A stretch of DNA of 64,000 bases from Selaginella moellendorffii. Lineage: Eukaryota > Plantae > Lycopodiophyta. Shown here in pieces: positions 46,837 to 59,055 of the stretch. Positions within the stretch are counted from its first letter, which is position 1, and every line of letters begins with the position of its first letter. The position numbers and the translations under genes are program-made. The stretch is taken from NCBI RefSeq assembly GCF_000143415.4, contig NW_003314268.1, positions 1,596,672 through 1,660,671 on the forward strand, read 5' to 3'. The notes under the pieces are model-generated. The model had not been told where the DNA came from and searched no databases. It saw only the letters and a program-made list of their open reading frames with translations.

Positions 46837-47813
46837 TCAAGTTTGCTCTTCGTTTTGCACAAAGACCTGCAAAGAGTAACTCAGTTCCCACGAAGCAAAC
46901 TGCATAAAGGAATTCTTACCCCTGCTAAAACCTTGAGATCTAGTCGAGTTGCCTGGTCCTCTTCACTCTTGCCGACTGATTTTGTTTGAGAAAACCTTCG
47001 CAGCGTTTTCCGGCTCGTCTCATCTTGCGGACCAGCCTCGTCGCCGGCCTTACGTTTCTTCTTTTCTTGAATAGCTTTGATGGTTTTGGATTGATCAACC
47101 CGAGCAAGGTAGAAATCTCGCTCGCGCTTGGCCGCAGAGATCTCGGCCGCAAGCTTTTGATCGTGAACGGCTTTCCTGTAAGCTATTTAGCAAGATATTA
47201 CTGTCTAGAATACAAAAGAAAACAAAAAATTGCTGAGATCGCTTACCAATTTCTTCTGTTAGATGGTTCCACTTGAACTTTCTCAAGTATTTGATGTTCC
47301 AGAGATCGTAGTAATAAGCTGATCGTCTCTTCCCACCTGAAAAGAAAACGAAAAAACCATCACGAATTCCTTGCGAACTTCAGAGAACTGACCCATCGGT
47401 TCTCCATTTAATAGTTTTGCTACATGCTTTGCATCGCTCTTCTTCGAGAATTCCACCCACCTGGAAGCTAGACAAGTTCTTCCCCAATCTCTTTAACACA
47501 CGACTTAACTTACCCTTCAGTGAAATTCTTGCCGGTGTTCCCTCCAGCTCGCTTCCTGCGCTTCCTCGCGGCCGGATCTAACATCGGAATATGGCTCACG
47601 ATTGGCGAATTGTGGATCGAGATTTTCCACCCTACCTTCCGGGACGAGATACACTCGCAAAACATCGCCATACTGCGAGAGAAGATGGCGCAGCTTGAGC
47701 GGCTTCAAATGCGGTGGAATCCGGCTGAGATAGCACACGCCTTTCTTCTCCTCCTTCTCCTCCACCGCTACATTCTTCTTTCTTTTCGTCGCCTTGGCTG
47801 CTTCTTCTTCCAT
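46837..47813 (-). CDS. ESF2: Pre-rRNA-processing protein ESF2/ABT1 (RRM)
   Basis: [52 protein letters not shown] and [13 protein letters not shown]. Confidence 0.92.
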
Positions 47814-47932
47814 CGAAGAACCCTAAACCTCTTTTAGGTTTAAACAGAGCAGATCAGAGGTTCGATTCCTCGCCGCGACAGGATTGTCCCTTACAACGGT
47901 CACATTTTGGGGCGGAGTTTTAGGGTTTTGTG

Positions 47933-50199
47933 ATGGGGAGAAGTGCTCTAAGCCATGGCGATTTTCACAAGCTTCCGCGGCGCAAGCTCCAGCAGCTGTG
48001 CAAGAAGCACGGAATCCCGGCGAACAAGACGAACAGCTTCATGGCGGATGCGCTGTCGAAGATTTCCAGGGTATGAATCCATCCAGGGCATTTGAAAAGT
48101 CGCTCACGGCTTTGTGCATTCCAGGAGGAGATTGATAAAGAAATTGAGGTAGAACAAGAGGTGCGCGGTGGCTCGGAGACACAATCGGAGGCTACGGAGG
48201 TGGACAAGCAAGTCGAAGGCAGTGAGGAGCGTGTGACAAACTCGCTTCTAAGTGATTCTGGGGAGATTGCTGTGAGTAATGGAGTTAAGATCCCTATAGA
48301 AATGGGAAATCAAGCAGCTTTGGAGATGGATCCACAGAATATGGTACATTTTCTATAGCAATGCTTCTTTCTTACTCGTAGCTTTGTTTAACAGCGGCCA
48401 AGTCCACAAGCGCTCGACCATAGGTAAACTGTGGGAATTTTTTTTTTTTTTTTTTATTGTTCCAATTCTGCAGGAACAGCGAGAATGTGGTGAGTTTTGT
48501 GCTCTCGGTGTTCTTCTAACTTATTTGTGCGTCTAGGAGGATCTTTCACGCGCTTCTGGGGACGGGTATATAGTTTTATCTAGTTTTATTGTTCTGCCAA
48601 TGCTTATTTCTTGATTGTTTTCAGGATAATCGAGGATAAGGTAACCTTTGTAAGCACCTCACTCCCGTTGTGTATGGAAGATCTACATCTGTGCAGGAAG
48701 AGTTTTCTCAACGTCCAACTCCACAAGGTCACAACGACGGGTATGCGTTTACTTTTCCTTCATATCGTTGTTCACGCTCTCGAAATGCTTGCAGGTTATA
48801 CATGGTAAGAGTTGTATGAACGAAACCTGGATGGTCTTCTGATTTCCGCGTGTCTCTAGGACGATGTTCCAGAAGTCCTTCAAGACGGGTATGGTAGTCA
48901 GTAATTTCTGTCAGTGTCAGACACTCACATTCTTGTATTATTGTGTAGGCAAAGCGAGAATATGGTGAGGTTCACGGTAGAGTAACGAAGCTCTAACATC
49001 TATACTTGTACAGGATTGCTGTGAGCTCTCAAATCCAGAAGTTATTGTGGACAGGTATATTAGTCCTTGTTCAGTGCCTCGCATTTTAACATGTTCTTTT
49101 AGCAGCTCGCAGGATGATCCAGAAGTAGCAGACTCGACTGCTCGAGTAGAAACCGAAAATGCGGCGTCCAACAACACATCCATAAAAGCAAGGCACTGGA
49201 AGGAGATGGTTGAACGAGCAACGAGGAAAGCTAGGCACAAAGATCACTATAAAGAAGTACCTTTTATGAAGAGGATGCTAGCAAACAGGAGTCTACTGAG
49301 AGCGAGGCTCAAGAGAACCGAGGTTCTGACGCAGCGGAGGATAAAAAGCGTCGACATGGTGCAGAACGACGAAGTATTACGGCCAAGATCAACCAGTGAG
49401 GTGAACACAAGAGGAGAGCTACGTAAGGAGCAGCCAGTTTTTGGAAGGAAGAGGTTTATGGAGAAGGCGATGGCAGAGTCCGCGAAGAAAATGACCGAGA
49501 AGAGAGGTGCGGCAGCTTCGCCGTTGAGGAACATATCGAATCAGCTCAGTGTCCGCGATCAAGCCAGTGCTCCAGTGGATAGTCCAGCAAATCGAGACGC
49601 TCCACGAAGAACACCCGTGAGCCTTTGTGGAGGAAAGGTCGCCAGTGTTCACAGAAGACACCAGGCACAATTCAAGACTCCTCTCTCGGGAAAGTCTCAT
49701 CAGAAGACGTTGTCGGCTGTTTCCAAGATGGCAGCGCTGCAGCGAAACGAGATCTTGAGCTCCAGACGACGCATGTTTGACAAGGAGGTGGTAAGCGATC
49801 TATCTCATCGTTTTGATTACCTTCGTTTTCTTTGTTTGCAGGAAAGCTAGTCTCCTCAAAAAAATCAGTGACTGCAACTACTCTAAAGTTATTTCTATTG
49901 CTAGGCCCAAGGTTTGAGAAATTGTCGTCGTTTCACTGCCTACTGTGTCGTTGTGCAACAGAAACTCATCCAGGCAAAAGAAACTCCACAACTTGGGAGG
50001 TGATGTCGTCCACCTCTTGAGGTGTGTGCGAGCTGAAGGGCTCCCGAAAATCCCTGGTCATGACACTGTTTTCCAGCAGGAGAGAAGCCAGATAACTCAT
50101 GCTCTCGCTAGCCTCCTGGAGACTGGGATCCTGGATGAAAACCACGCCCAAATTCCAAAAGTATCTCTCGTAGAGTGTGGCTTCCCACGAAGAGCATGA
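47933..50199 (+). CDS. Protein with an N-terminal SAP/HeH (NuSAP-like) motif, a micro-exon array and a basic C-terminal region
   Basis: LPRRKLQQLCKKHGIPANKTNSFMADAL, then phase-compatible small exons at 48395-49054 and a large basic exon at about 49103-49790. Confidence 0.65.
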
Positions 50200-51006
50200 A
50201 TCAGCTCCATGCATGAATATGGTGTGAACCTGTTCATCTCTGATCGTGCGGCTTGCTTGGCCGCCTCTAAATCTTCTGCTGTGCTGCTCGTAACGATGGA
50301 AGAAAACATGGATTCCTCACTACTGCTCTTCTGAGTGGGGGACATATCCGCGAGATGAATGCAACCTCGCCATTCTTCCTGTGGATATACAAGAACGCAA
50401 TCTTGTCTTTTGGAAAGGCCATGGAGGCCTGTGGAGAGGCAAGAAACGTTAGATGCAGAAGCTGCTAAATCGTGTAGTAGAAACCTTGAGCTGGGGAGTT
50501 GAAGAATTTCTACACTCAATACTGTGTTCAAATTAGATTCTTCTTTGGGAGACGAAGTCACGTACAGTGACGTACTTCTCATTGTCCTGTGAAGCTTAGC
50601 GTGTTTTTAGAAGAAAATTTTAAACAAAGATCATGACAGATGCCTAGAATCTTTTTTAGCGAGTTTTTATTCAATTCTAAATAAATTGTTACATTGATAG
50701 TAATGTTATTCTAATTCAATTGATCAAATAAAGTTCATAAATATAAATTTATTTGTAATTTATAAACACAAGATTAATCTTATTGCATATTAGCCATTAG
50801 ATGATAGAATAAAAAAGAATATACTAGAAGGGGTTTAAGAAAGTTTATAAATTATAAATATATTTATAAATTATAAATACAAAATTAATCTAAATGAATA
50901 GATGATAGAATATTTTAGAATATTTAAGCATATTTTAGGTATATTCACTACCATCTCCTTCAAGTGTAAACTAAAAATCTCGACCTGATTAAATACAGGA
51001 GAATGG

Positions 51007-52878
51007 TCAACGGTCTAACATGCTAACATTTGACTGGTTGAAGAGATTCTTGACCCAAGTCGATGCTCTAATTTGAATATAGATTACCTCGTAGAAATTG
51101 TTACAGTAAGCAAATGGGATGCAGCTGCTACTCACACGATCAAACTGAATGGCATCGCTGCCCGCCTCGATTGTCCTGGAGTAGCACCCATCACTGCTCT
51201 GGAAACTATACGTCTGATTGAGCGCTCCACCTCCACTCACGACCTTGTTCCCTGCGATCACGATCTTCCCAGCCGCGTCCTGCTTGTTGTCAAGCCGGCT
51301 CCAGTAAAACTCCCCGCCTCCACTGCCGCGATGCACCTCAATCTCCTCCGCCACTCTATGGGAGATCCTCGTCTCCGAGACGATCGAGCCATCGGCGGGT
51401 GTAGTCTCGGAGTCGAACACGTGGAGCGGATACGAGCTGGAAGTTTGCTGGAGCTCGATTTGCTCGTCGCCACTGGCTACCACGACCTTGGCATTGGTGT
51501 CGATACTCTGATCTACAGTCGTTATCTCGCCATTGTTCCCAGAGAAGTCCATCCGGTTGGAGAACGCGTAGCTGTACGAGGAGGTGGTGAAGAGCTTGCC
51601 ACGCGAGGAAGACTCGACGTAGCCCGAGTACTGGAGAGACCGAGAGGCGGCCACCCGGAGAGAGCCGACCGGGCCTTTGTAGCGTGCGTTGTAGCTGATA
51701 TCGGCTGCTGGAGCACTATAGGAGACGAGCTGCCCGGACGTCTCAGAGCTACCGTGGTCGAGCCAGAGGTGTAAGTTGGTGTCCAGTAGCCAGAACCTGA
51801 GAGCGTTGGTGACGCTGAAGCCGCTCTCATGGCTGCCACCGTCCACCAGCAGACCAACAAATGGAGTTATGTCGAGAGTGTAGCTCGGCAGGTCGAAAGC
51901 TCCGATTGCGGCTGCTGGAGCCCAAAGCAGTGGATTGATTCCACCCGTGAAGATCACTGGCAAGGGACAGATCTCTCCGGCGAGGAACCCGTCGACAGTG
52001 ACCAGAACTTCTCTGTAGGGACCGTTCCTGGAAGCCGTGTTGATATTGTTGGCGTCCAAGTAGTCGTTCGTGGGATTCATGTACCAGAACTCGTCGTTGC
52101 CGTGGAAGGAGACGTAGACCTCGAGCTTGGCCTTGTAGATGTTCGTCGGGAGATTGCTCAACTCCACGCGGCCAGGGTCGGAGCTGTTTTGGATCTGGAA
52201 CCAGTAGCCACCGTTTTCCGAGGTTGCCAGCGCGACTGGAAGAACAATATCGGCAGGAGCCTCGGCATCCACCAGAGAAGAAGACGAGTTGGAGGACTTG
52301 TAGAAGTTGGCAGTGAGCGTCACGTTGAAAAACCCGGTGTAAGTCTCGTCGATCACATTGGCTAGCGCGACTTCCAAACTCTGTGGCTTGTCTAGCAAGG
52401 CACGATACTTGGTGACGTCTTTCTCTACCGTCCAGAAGATCCCTTTCCTGGTCGGCTCGGCGGTGGACGTCCGGAAGATCTCCACTTCACTCAGCCACAC
52501 GGCCGAGATCCGATCGAACTGCCGGCCTTTGCACGTGACATTCCAGACGAGGATCACCTTGTCCCAATCTTCGCTACACTCGGGAGCTTGAGGAGGATTG
52601 TAAGGCACCACGACCGGCGGCGAGCTGATCGTGTTGCCAAAAGAATACTTCAGCAGCAGCTGCGACGCGCAGTGGCCTGACTTTGGAACTGAAAGTGGCT
52701 TGCTCACCTCGAAAAACCTTGAAAGGGAATGCTGCTGCTGCTGTTGCTGCTCATCAACTGAGAACGCTGGTCGTCGAGGCTGCTCGAAATCCAGGTCCCC
52801 CAGCTGAAACCTGCTGCTTCTCCCAGGAATCGCCTGAGCCACTGCCGCCAAAAGTAGCAGGAGCACCACCAGCGCCAT
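51007..52878 (-). CDS. Peptide-N4-(N-acetyl-beta-glucosaminyl)asparagine amidase A (PNGase A), copy 2
   Basis: Signal peptide from the ATG at 52878. GRQFDR, RTSTAEP, DEFWY.NP, GPYREV and GGINPLLW. Intronless; the C-terminal end is uncertain. Confidence 0.92.
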   Translation of the reverse strand: MALVVLLLLLAAVAQAIPGRSSRFQLGDLDFEQPRRPAFSVDEQQQQQQHSLSRFFEVSKPLSVPKSGHCASQLLLKYSFGNTISSPPVVVPYNPPQAPECSEDWDKVILVWNVTCKGRQFDRISAVWLSEVEIFRTSTAEPTRKGIFWTVEKDVTKYRALLDKPQSLEVALANVIDETYTGFFNVTLTANFYKSSNSSSSLVDAEAPADIVLPVALATSENGGYWFQIQNSSDPGRVELSNLPTNIYKAKLEVYVSFHGNDEFWYMNPTNDYLDANNINTASRNGPYREVLVTVDGFLAGEICPLPVIFTGGINPLLWAPAAAIGAFDLPSYTLDITPFVGLLVDGGSHESGFSVTNALRFWLLDTNLHLWLDHGSSETSGQLVSYSAPAADISYNARYKGPVGSLRVAASRSLQYSGYVESSSRGKLFTTSSYSYAFSNRMDFSGNNGEITTVDQSIDTNAKVVVASGDEQIELQQTSSSYPLHVFDSETTPADGSIVSETRISHRVAEEIEVHRGSGGGEFYWSRLDNKQDAAGKIVIAGNKVVSGGGALNQTYSFQSSDGCYSRTIEAGSDAIQFDRVSSSCIPFAYCNNFYEVIYIQIRASTWVKNLFNQSNVSMLDR

Positions 52879-52939
52879 GCCGCAACTTTTAGGCCTTTTA
52901 CGAGAAACTCCCGCCACTTTTGGTTTATAAACTGCCTTT

Positions 52940-54682
52940 TTAAGCGCTGGCGATGCATCGAAAACCACTTTCATCGTACTGTGTTGTAGTGTTGCTCGTT
53001 CGGATGCTCCGGTGGTAACATCCCTCGCTGCTCTCGGACACGTAAGTCTGGTTTAGCTTTCCCGTCCCACTGGTGACTATATTCGCTTGGATGACGATTT
53101 TCCCGGCAGTGTCTTGCTTGTTGTTGAGCCGGCTCCAAAAGGAGTCGTCGTCGCATTCTTCTTGAAGTCCATGCGAGATCCTGGCGTCTAAAACAACAGA
53201 CTTGTTGGTTCCATCCTTCTGGGAGTTGTAGAGAAAGAAAGGGTACGAGCTCGACTTCTGCTGCAATCTAACCTGCTTGGAGCTGCTTTCCACCAGGAAC
53301 TTCGTCTGTGCATCGATGAGCTGCTTTACTGTGGAAACGCTGCCATTGTCGGAGAAGATCATCTGGTTGGAGAACTTGTAGCTGTACGATGAAGTCGTTA
53401 TGAGCTTCCCGTGAGAGGAAGACTCGACGTAGCCCGAGTATTGAAGTGACCGAGAGGCAAACAGCTGGAGAGTACCGTCAAGACCTTTGTAGTGTGAGTC
53501 GTAACTGATATCGGCTGGAGGAGAGCTGTAAGAGACGAGCTTTCCGGACGTCTGCGAGCTACCATGGTCTAGCCAGAGGTGTAAATTGGCGTCCAATAAC
53601 CAGTTCCTGACAGCGTTGGTGACGCTCAAGCTGATCTCATGGCTGTTCCCATCCACCAGCTGGCCAACAAACGGAGTTACGTCGAGAATGTAGGTTGGCA
53701 GATTGAAAGCCCCGATTGCTGCTGCTGGTCTCCAAAACAGTGGATTGACGCCACCCGTGTAGATCACTGGAAAGGGACATATCTCTCCAACAAGCTTCCC
53801 GTCCAGAGTAACCACCACTTCCCTGTAGGGACCGTTCCTGGAGCCCGAACTGCTTTCACCGTTGGCGTCCAAGTAATCGTTCGTTGGATTGGTGTACCAG
53901 AACTCGTCGTCACCATGGAAGGAAACGCAGACCTCGAGCTCCGCCTTGTAGATGTTTCGAGGAAGACTGGTGAGGTTCACAGTTCCAACGTGGGAACTGT
54001 TTTGGAGCTGGAACCAGTAGCCACCATTCTCCGAAGTTGGCAAAGCGATTGGAAGAACGAGGTCAGCGGGCATCCCCTTTGAAGAGCGCTTGGAGTTTCT
54101 CTGAGCCGGTTTGTAGAACTCGGCAGTGAGGGTGACGTTGAAGAAGCCCGTGTAAGTTTTGTCAATCACGTTCGCAAGAGAGACCGCCAAGACCTGTGGC
54201 TTCTCCAGCAACGAAGTATACTTGGTGATGTCCTTCTCGACGCTCCACACAATCCCTTGCTTGGTAGGCTCCGCCGTGCAAGTCCGGAAGATTTCCACTC
54301 CAGACAGCCATGCTGCGGAGATTCGGTCAAACTGCCTGCCCCTGGATGCTACGCTCCACCTGAGGATCACTCTCTCCCAACCCCCACCGCAGTGGCTCGA
54401 TCGGGGAGGATTATAAGGAGCAGTGACCGGGGGCGAGCTGATCGTGTTGCCGAAAGAATGCTTTAGCAGCAGCAGCGTCGCGCAGTGGCCGGATCTAGGG
54501 ATGGACAGCGGCTTGCTCACCTCGAAGAACGTCAGTGGAGCTGGATCTGGGGCTGGCGCTGGAGCTGGCGCTAGCGAGGAATGCCGGTGTTCGGAGTGCT
54601 CGAAATCCAGGCCGCCGAGACGAAATCTACCTTTCCCTTGCGCCGTCGCCGCCAGGAAGAGCAGGAAGAGCACAAGCGCCAT
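52940..54682 (-). CDS. PNGase A, copy 1
   Basis: Signal peptide, GRQFDR, RTCTAEP, HGDDEFWYTNP and GGVNPLFWRP. Intronless, 580 aa. Confidence 0.94.
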   Translation of the reverse strand: MALVLFLLFLAATAQGKGRFRLGGLDFEHSEHRHSSLAPAPAPAPDPAPLTFFEVSKPLSIPRSGHCATLLLLKHSFGNTISSPPVTAPYNPPRSSHCGGGWERVILRWSVASRGRQFDRISAAWLSGVEIFRTCTAEPTKQGIVWSVEKDITKYTSLLEKPQVLAVSLANVIDKTYTGFFNVTLTAEFYKPAQRNSKRSSKGMPADLVLPIALPTSENGGYWFQLQNSSHVGTVNLTSLPRNIYKAELEVCVSFHGDDEFWYTNPTNDYLDANGESSSGSRNGPYREVVVTLDGKLVGEICPFPVIYTGGVNPLFWRPAAAIGAFNLPTYILDVTPFVGQLVDGNSHEISLSVTNAVRNWLLDANLHLWLDHGSSQTSGKLVSYSSPPADISYDSHYKGLDGTLQLFASRSLQYSGYVESSSHGKLITTSSYSYKFSNQMIFSDNGSVSTVKQLIDAQTKFLVESSSKQVRLQQKSSSYPFFLYNSQKDGTNKSVVLDARISHGLQEECDDDSFWSRLNNKQDTAGKIVIQANIVTSGTGKLNQTYVSESSEGCYHRSIRTSNTTTQYDESGFRCIASA

Positions 54683-54811
54683 GGATTCCCTGCACCTAGG
54701 GTTTATCGACGGGAAATTTTAATAAACCCTTTGAGCATATACCAGAATATTCTTCACCGTATGTGCATTCCCGCCATTAGGGCCTAGGGTTTATCACTCT
54801 TGGCGGTGGCG

Positions 54812-57800
54812 ATGGAGGCGATGGAGGACGCAGTGGATGATCCCAAGCTGCCGGAGCTCAAGCTAGGTGCGCCTCGGGCGCGTCATTCTAATGTATTCCT
54901 TGTCTCATTTCTTTCCTCGCAGATGCGAAGCAAGCTCAGGGTTTCATCAAGTTCTTTCGCAAGCTGCCAGAGGTAATCATCCAGTTCTTATGTTTTCTTC
55001 CTTGATCTCCTTGCGCTGGTCACACAGGATCCATCAGTGATTCGGTTCTTCGATCGACGGGTAAGTGCTTGAGCTTTTGGTTTTCCCTATCATCAAGAGT
55101 TCTACATTTTTCTTTTCAGGACTATTTCACTGCCCACGGGGACAATGCTAGTCTTATCGCCAGGCTCTACTATCGAACCACGACCGCTCTTCGTCAGCTT
55201 GGATCTGGGTCTGATACTCTCTCCAGCGTAAGCATCAGCAAGAGCATGTTTGAGGTGATCACTCGGGACGTCCTGCTGGAGAAGACCGAGTACAACGTGG
55301 AGCTCTACGAAGGCAGTGGAGCAAACTGGAAGCTCGCAAAGTCCGCAACTCCGGGAAAGCTTGGGAGCTTCGAAGACGTCTTGTTCTCGAGCATCGACAT
55401 GCACGACACGCCGGTGGTGATGGCAGTCTGGACAGTCGCCCGTGATCAAGAGCAGCTCGTCGGCATAGCCTTCACGGACATGACGAGAAGGACGCTGGGT
55501 ACACTAGAGTTTCTAGACGACGATCAGTACACGAACTTGGAGTCGGCTCTCCTCGCTCTGGGATGCCGGGAGTGCGTTCTTCCTGCGGAAAATGCCAAGA
55601 GCGTCGACGGTCGGAGGCTCCGAGACGTGCTCGCTCGATGCAACGTGCGACTGACTGAGAAGAAGAAGGCGGAGTTTAAGTCGCGAGACATCGAGCAAGA
55701 TCTAAGCCGGCTTATCAAGAGTACATCGGTTGAGGAGCTCCGAGAACTCGTTGTCAAGTATGAAGTTGCGTCAGCGGCATTAGCAGCTCTACTTGCGTAC
55801 ACGGATATCTTCGCAGATGACAGCAATCACGGGAAGTATAGACTTCAGCAGTACAGCCTCGACAGATACATGCGGCTGGACGTGGCCGCATTGCGAGCGC
55901 TGCACGTACTCGAGTCCAAGAATGATCCGAACAAGAACTCGACCCTCTTTGGACTGATGAATCACACGTCCACTGCTGGGATGGGCAAGAGGCTACTGAA
56001 CAGGTGGCTGAAGCAGCCTCTACTTGACGTTGATGAGATCAAGCACAGGCATGACGTCGTCCAGATGTTTGTAGAAGACGCCGAGCTGCGGGAAAGTTTA
56101 AAGAACTGCCTCAAACGTGTGCCGGATGTTGAGCGCCTGACGCGGAAGCTCGAGAGGTCGAGAGCTACGTTGCAAGACCTCGTGAAGCTTTATCAGGTTC
56201 GTAGTTACTGAATACCTTGCTTACTGTAAATGCTCTGATCATTGGTATACAGGTAAGTGTTCGTCTCTCCGTCATCAAAGATGCTCTTGAACGTTATGAA
56301 GGCGAGTTTGCGTCCGCCGTCGAGGAAAGGTACGTCGTTCCGTTGAGAGAGTGGACGCTTGCTGAACATCTCGGAAGATACGACGCACTGATCGAAAGCG
56401 CCATCGACCTGGATCAAATCAAGAATGGCGAGTACATCATTTCGGCATCATATGACAGCAGCTTAAAAACCATCAAAGCTGACCGTGATACCGTGGAGGA
56501 AGAGATCCGTGAAGCTCATGAACAAGCCGCGAACGATTTGGATCTTCCTGCTGATAAGTCGCTGAAGCTGGACAAAACGACGCAGTGGGGGCACGTATTC
56601 AGGATCACGAAGAAGGAGGAGCCTAAAGTTCGCAAGAAACTTGCGGTGCAATACATCACCTTGGAAACTCGAAAGGATGGGATAAAGTTCACGACTTCCA
56701 AGCTTCGAAGGCTTAGCGAAAGATATGGGAGCCTGACAGAAAATTACACCAACACTCAAAGGGATCTTGTTAAGAGGCTGGTTCAGGTTTCACAGAGCTA
56801 CGTTGAGGTATGCTCGTCGATCCTTCTGCGTTGGTGATTTTATACGATTTGACTTACTGCAGATTTTTAATGGTGCGGCAAACCTGCTGGCGGAACTGGA
56901 TGTCTTGTTAAGCTTTGCGGATCTGGCTGTAAGCAGTCCTACGCCTTACGTAAGGCCTATTATCACTGGACAGGTACGTGCTGCAAGCTTGCTAAAAAAG
57001 TATACTAAGAAGTTTCATTCATTTTACTAGAATGAGGGCGATATTATCTTGGAGGGAAGCAGGCATCCTTGCGTAGAAGCTCAAGATGACGTGAACTTCA
57101 TCCCAAATGATTGTCGCCTGGTAGTTGTGCTTAGACCCCTTCGATGTCTATGTGTTCTAATTGTTTCTTTACAATGCAGATTCGAGGCAAGAGCTGGTTT
57201 CAAATCATCACTGGGCCAAATATGGGAGGCAAATCAACATATATCCGTCAGGTGAAGCTTAGAGTTTCTTACGTCTTACTCTGATACAAGCTCTTTTTAT
57301 TTAGATTGGTGTGAATATCTTGATGGCTCAAGTCGGCTGCTTTGTGCCCTGCGATCGTGCTGAAATCAGCATACGAAGTTGTATCTTCGCCCGGGTTGGA
57401 GCAGGAGACTGCCAGGTAACTCGGCTACGTCTTCAAGTTCTAGGAATAAAAACTTTTCCTGCAGTTGCGTGGTGTTTCAACGTTTATGGCAGAGATGCTC
57501 GAAACCTCGGCGATATTAAAATCTGCAACTGAGACTTCTCTAATAATTGTTGACGAACTCGGCCGGGGTACCTCGACTTACGATGGATTTGGTTCGAGTT
57601 TGCTAACTGCAAGATTTTCTGGTGCTCTCTAACGCTCTGTAAACAATGGCAGGTCTGGCTTGGGCAATCTGTGAGTACATAGTGGATGTGACTAGAGCGC
57701 CAACTCTATTTGCAACGCACTTCCACGAGCTCACGTCCATTTCTCATCGTCAAGGTCCATCAGCTCACGGTCCCAGCAAAGGTCCTCCTGTAGGAATCTC

Positions 57801-58252
57801 CAACTTTCACGTGAGCGCACACATAGATCCCAGCTCTCGAAAGCTCACAATGCTTTACAAGGTACTCGCGTTTCTTCCTTTCTAATGGCTTTCGAGATCT
57901 GCTCCTTTCCCAGGTTGAAGATGGCCCTTGCGACCAGAGCTTCGGCATACACGTCGCGGAATTCGCTCGATTTCCAGAATGTGTCGTCGTGCTCGCCAAG
58001 CAAAAGGCTGCCGAGCTCGAAGACTTCTCGCCACAGGCGATTCTGGAGGACGAAGGCGACGCTGGAAGCAAGCGAAAGAGAAGCAGCAGTAGCAGCAGCA
58101 GCAGCGGGGACAAAGGCTGGAAATTCCTCAAAGGCTTTGCTGCGTTGCCGCTGGATCAGATGAGCCACGAGCACGCCTTGAAGAAGGTCCAGGAGCTCAA
58201 AGCCGAGTTCCTGGACGACCTTCCCGTCAACACTCTAGAAGCAGTAGCGTAA
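54812..58252 (+). CDS. MSH2: DNA mismatch repair protein MSH2 (multi-exon)
   Basis: [82 protein letters not shown] and [12 protein letters not shown]. Confidence 0.97.
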
Positions 58253-58541
58253 AGATCTATAATAGTCGCAATTTGCTGCGTTATTAGTGCAGCATTTATG
58301 AGAAAATTTATAAGTTTTATTTTATGTTTGTGTCCACAACGATCATCACAACGATTCTACAAATTTTATTGCTCGTAAAAAACGTAACTTTCCACGCATA
58401 CGTGGACATCCGAGTTGGACACGTGGCTGATGATCATTGGATCCGACTTTTGGATGCCAATAACATGGTGATGAATGACTATCCATGAGGGCATACTTCC
58501 ATGCATGTCGTGTGGATGGCTTGCCTTGACTAACGCCTCCC

Positions 58542-58881
58542 GTTAAACACCATCCTGTTTCAGTCTCTCTCCACCTAGCTGGCAATGAAAGAAAAGAACT
58601 TGAACAGTGAGACAATGGCATGTTTATCTCCGCATCCTGTTAAACACCATCCTGTTTCAGTCTCTCTCCACCTAGCTGGCAATGATGTGGCACGATTACA
58701 TGGCATTTCTCTCTTTCCACTCCCGTCTGCATCTATCCGCCCGACGACTGTGGTCTTTCTCCGCTTTTGACCGGAGGCGCTTCTTTAACGTCTGGAGTTT
58801 GGAAACATTTTTTTTCCATTGTGCATCCTTCATGGAGAAAGAAAAGAACTTGAACAGTGAGACAATGGCATGTCTATCTCC
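58542..58881. repeat. Two interleaved direct repeats of about 45 bp in the P450 promoter
   Basis: gttaaacaccatcctgtttcagtctctctccacctagctggcaatga at about 58542 and 58639; aaagaaaagaacttgaacagtgagacaatggcatgtYtatctcc at about 58588 and 58838. Confidence 0.85.
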
Positions 58882-59055
58882 ACCACATTCGATTCCTCTC
58901 CATTAGTCTACCTAAATCGAACAGTTAGTCAAGCCTGTAGACTAATAGTCTCAAGGCACGTGATTTTACAGTGTTCAAGAATGGAAGTTAACGAAAAAAC
59001 TTTGCCAGCGCCATACAAAAGGAGGAGGCCATTGAGGGGCAGAAAGTAGGTAGCA

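Noticed and set aside
20283-47813. Apparent cluster of translation and ribosome-biogenesis genes (UTP23, TMA7, RPL18, eIF4A, ESF2, tRNA)
   Set aside because: Interspersed with unrelated genes and belonging to a large functional class; there is no evidence of co-regulation beyond common telo-boxes.
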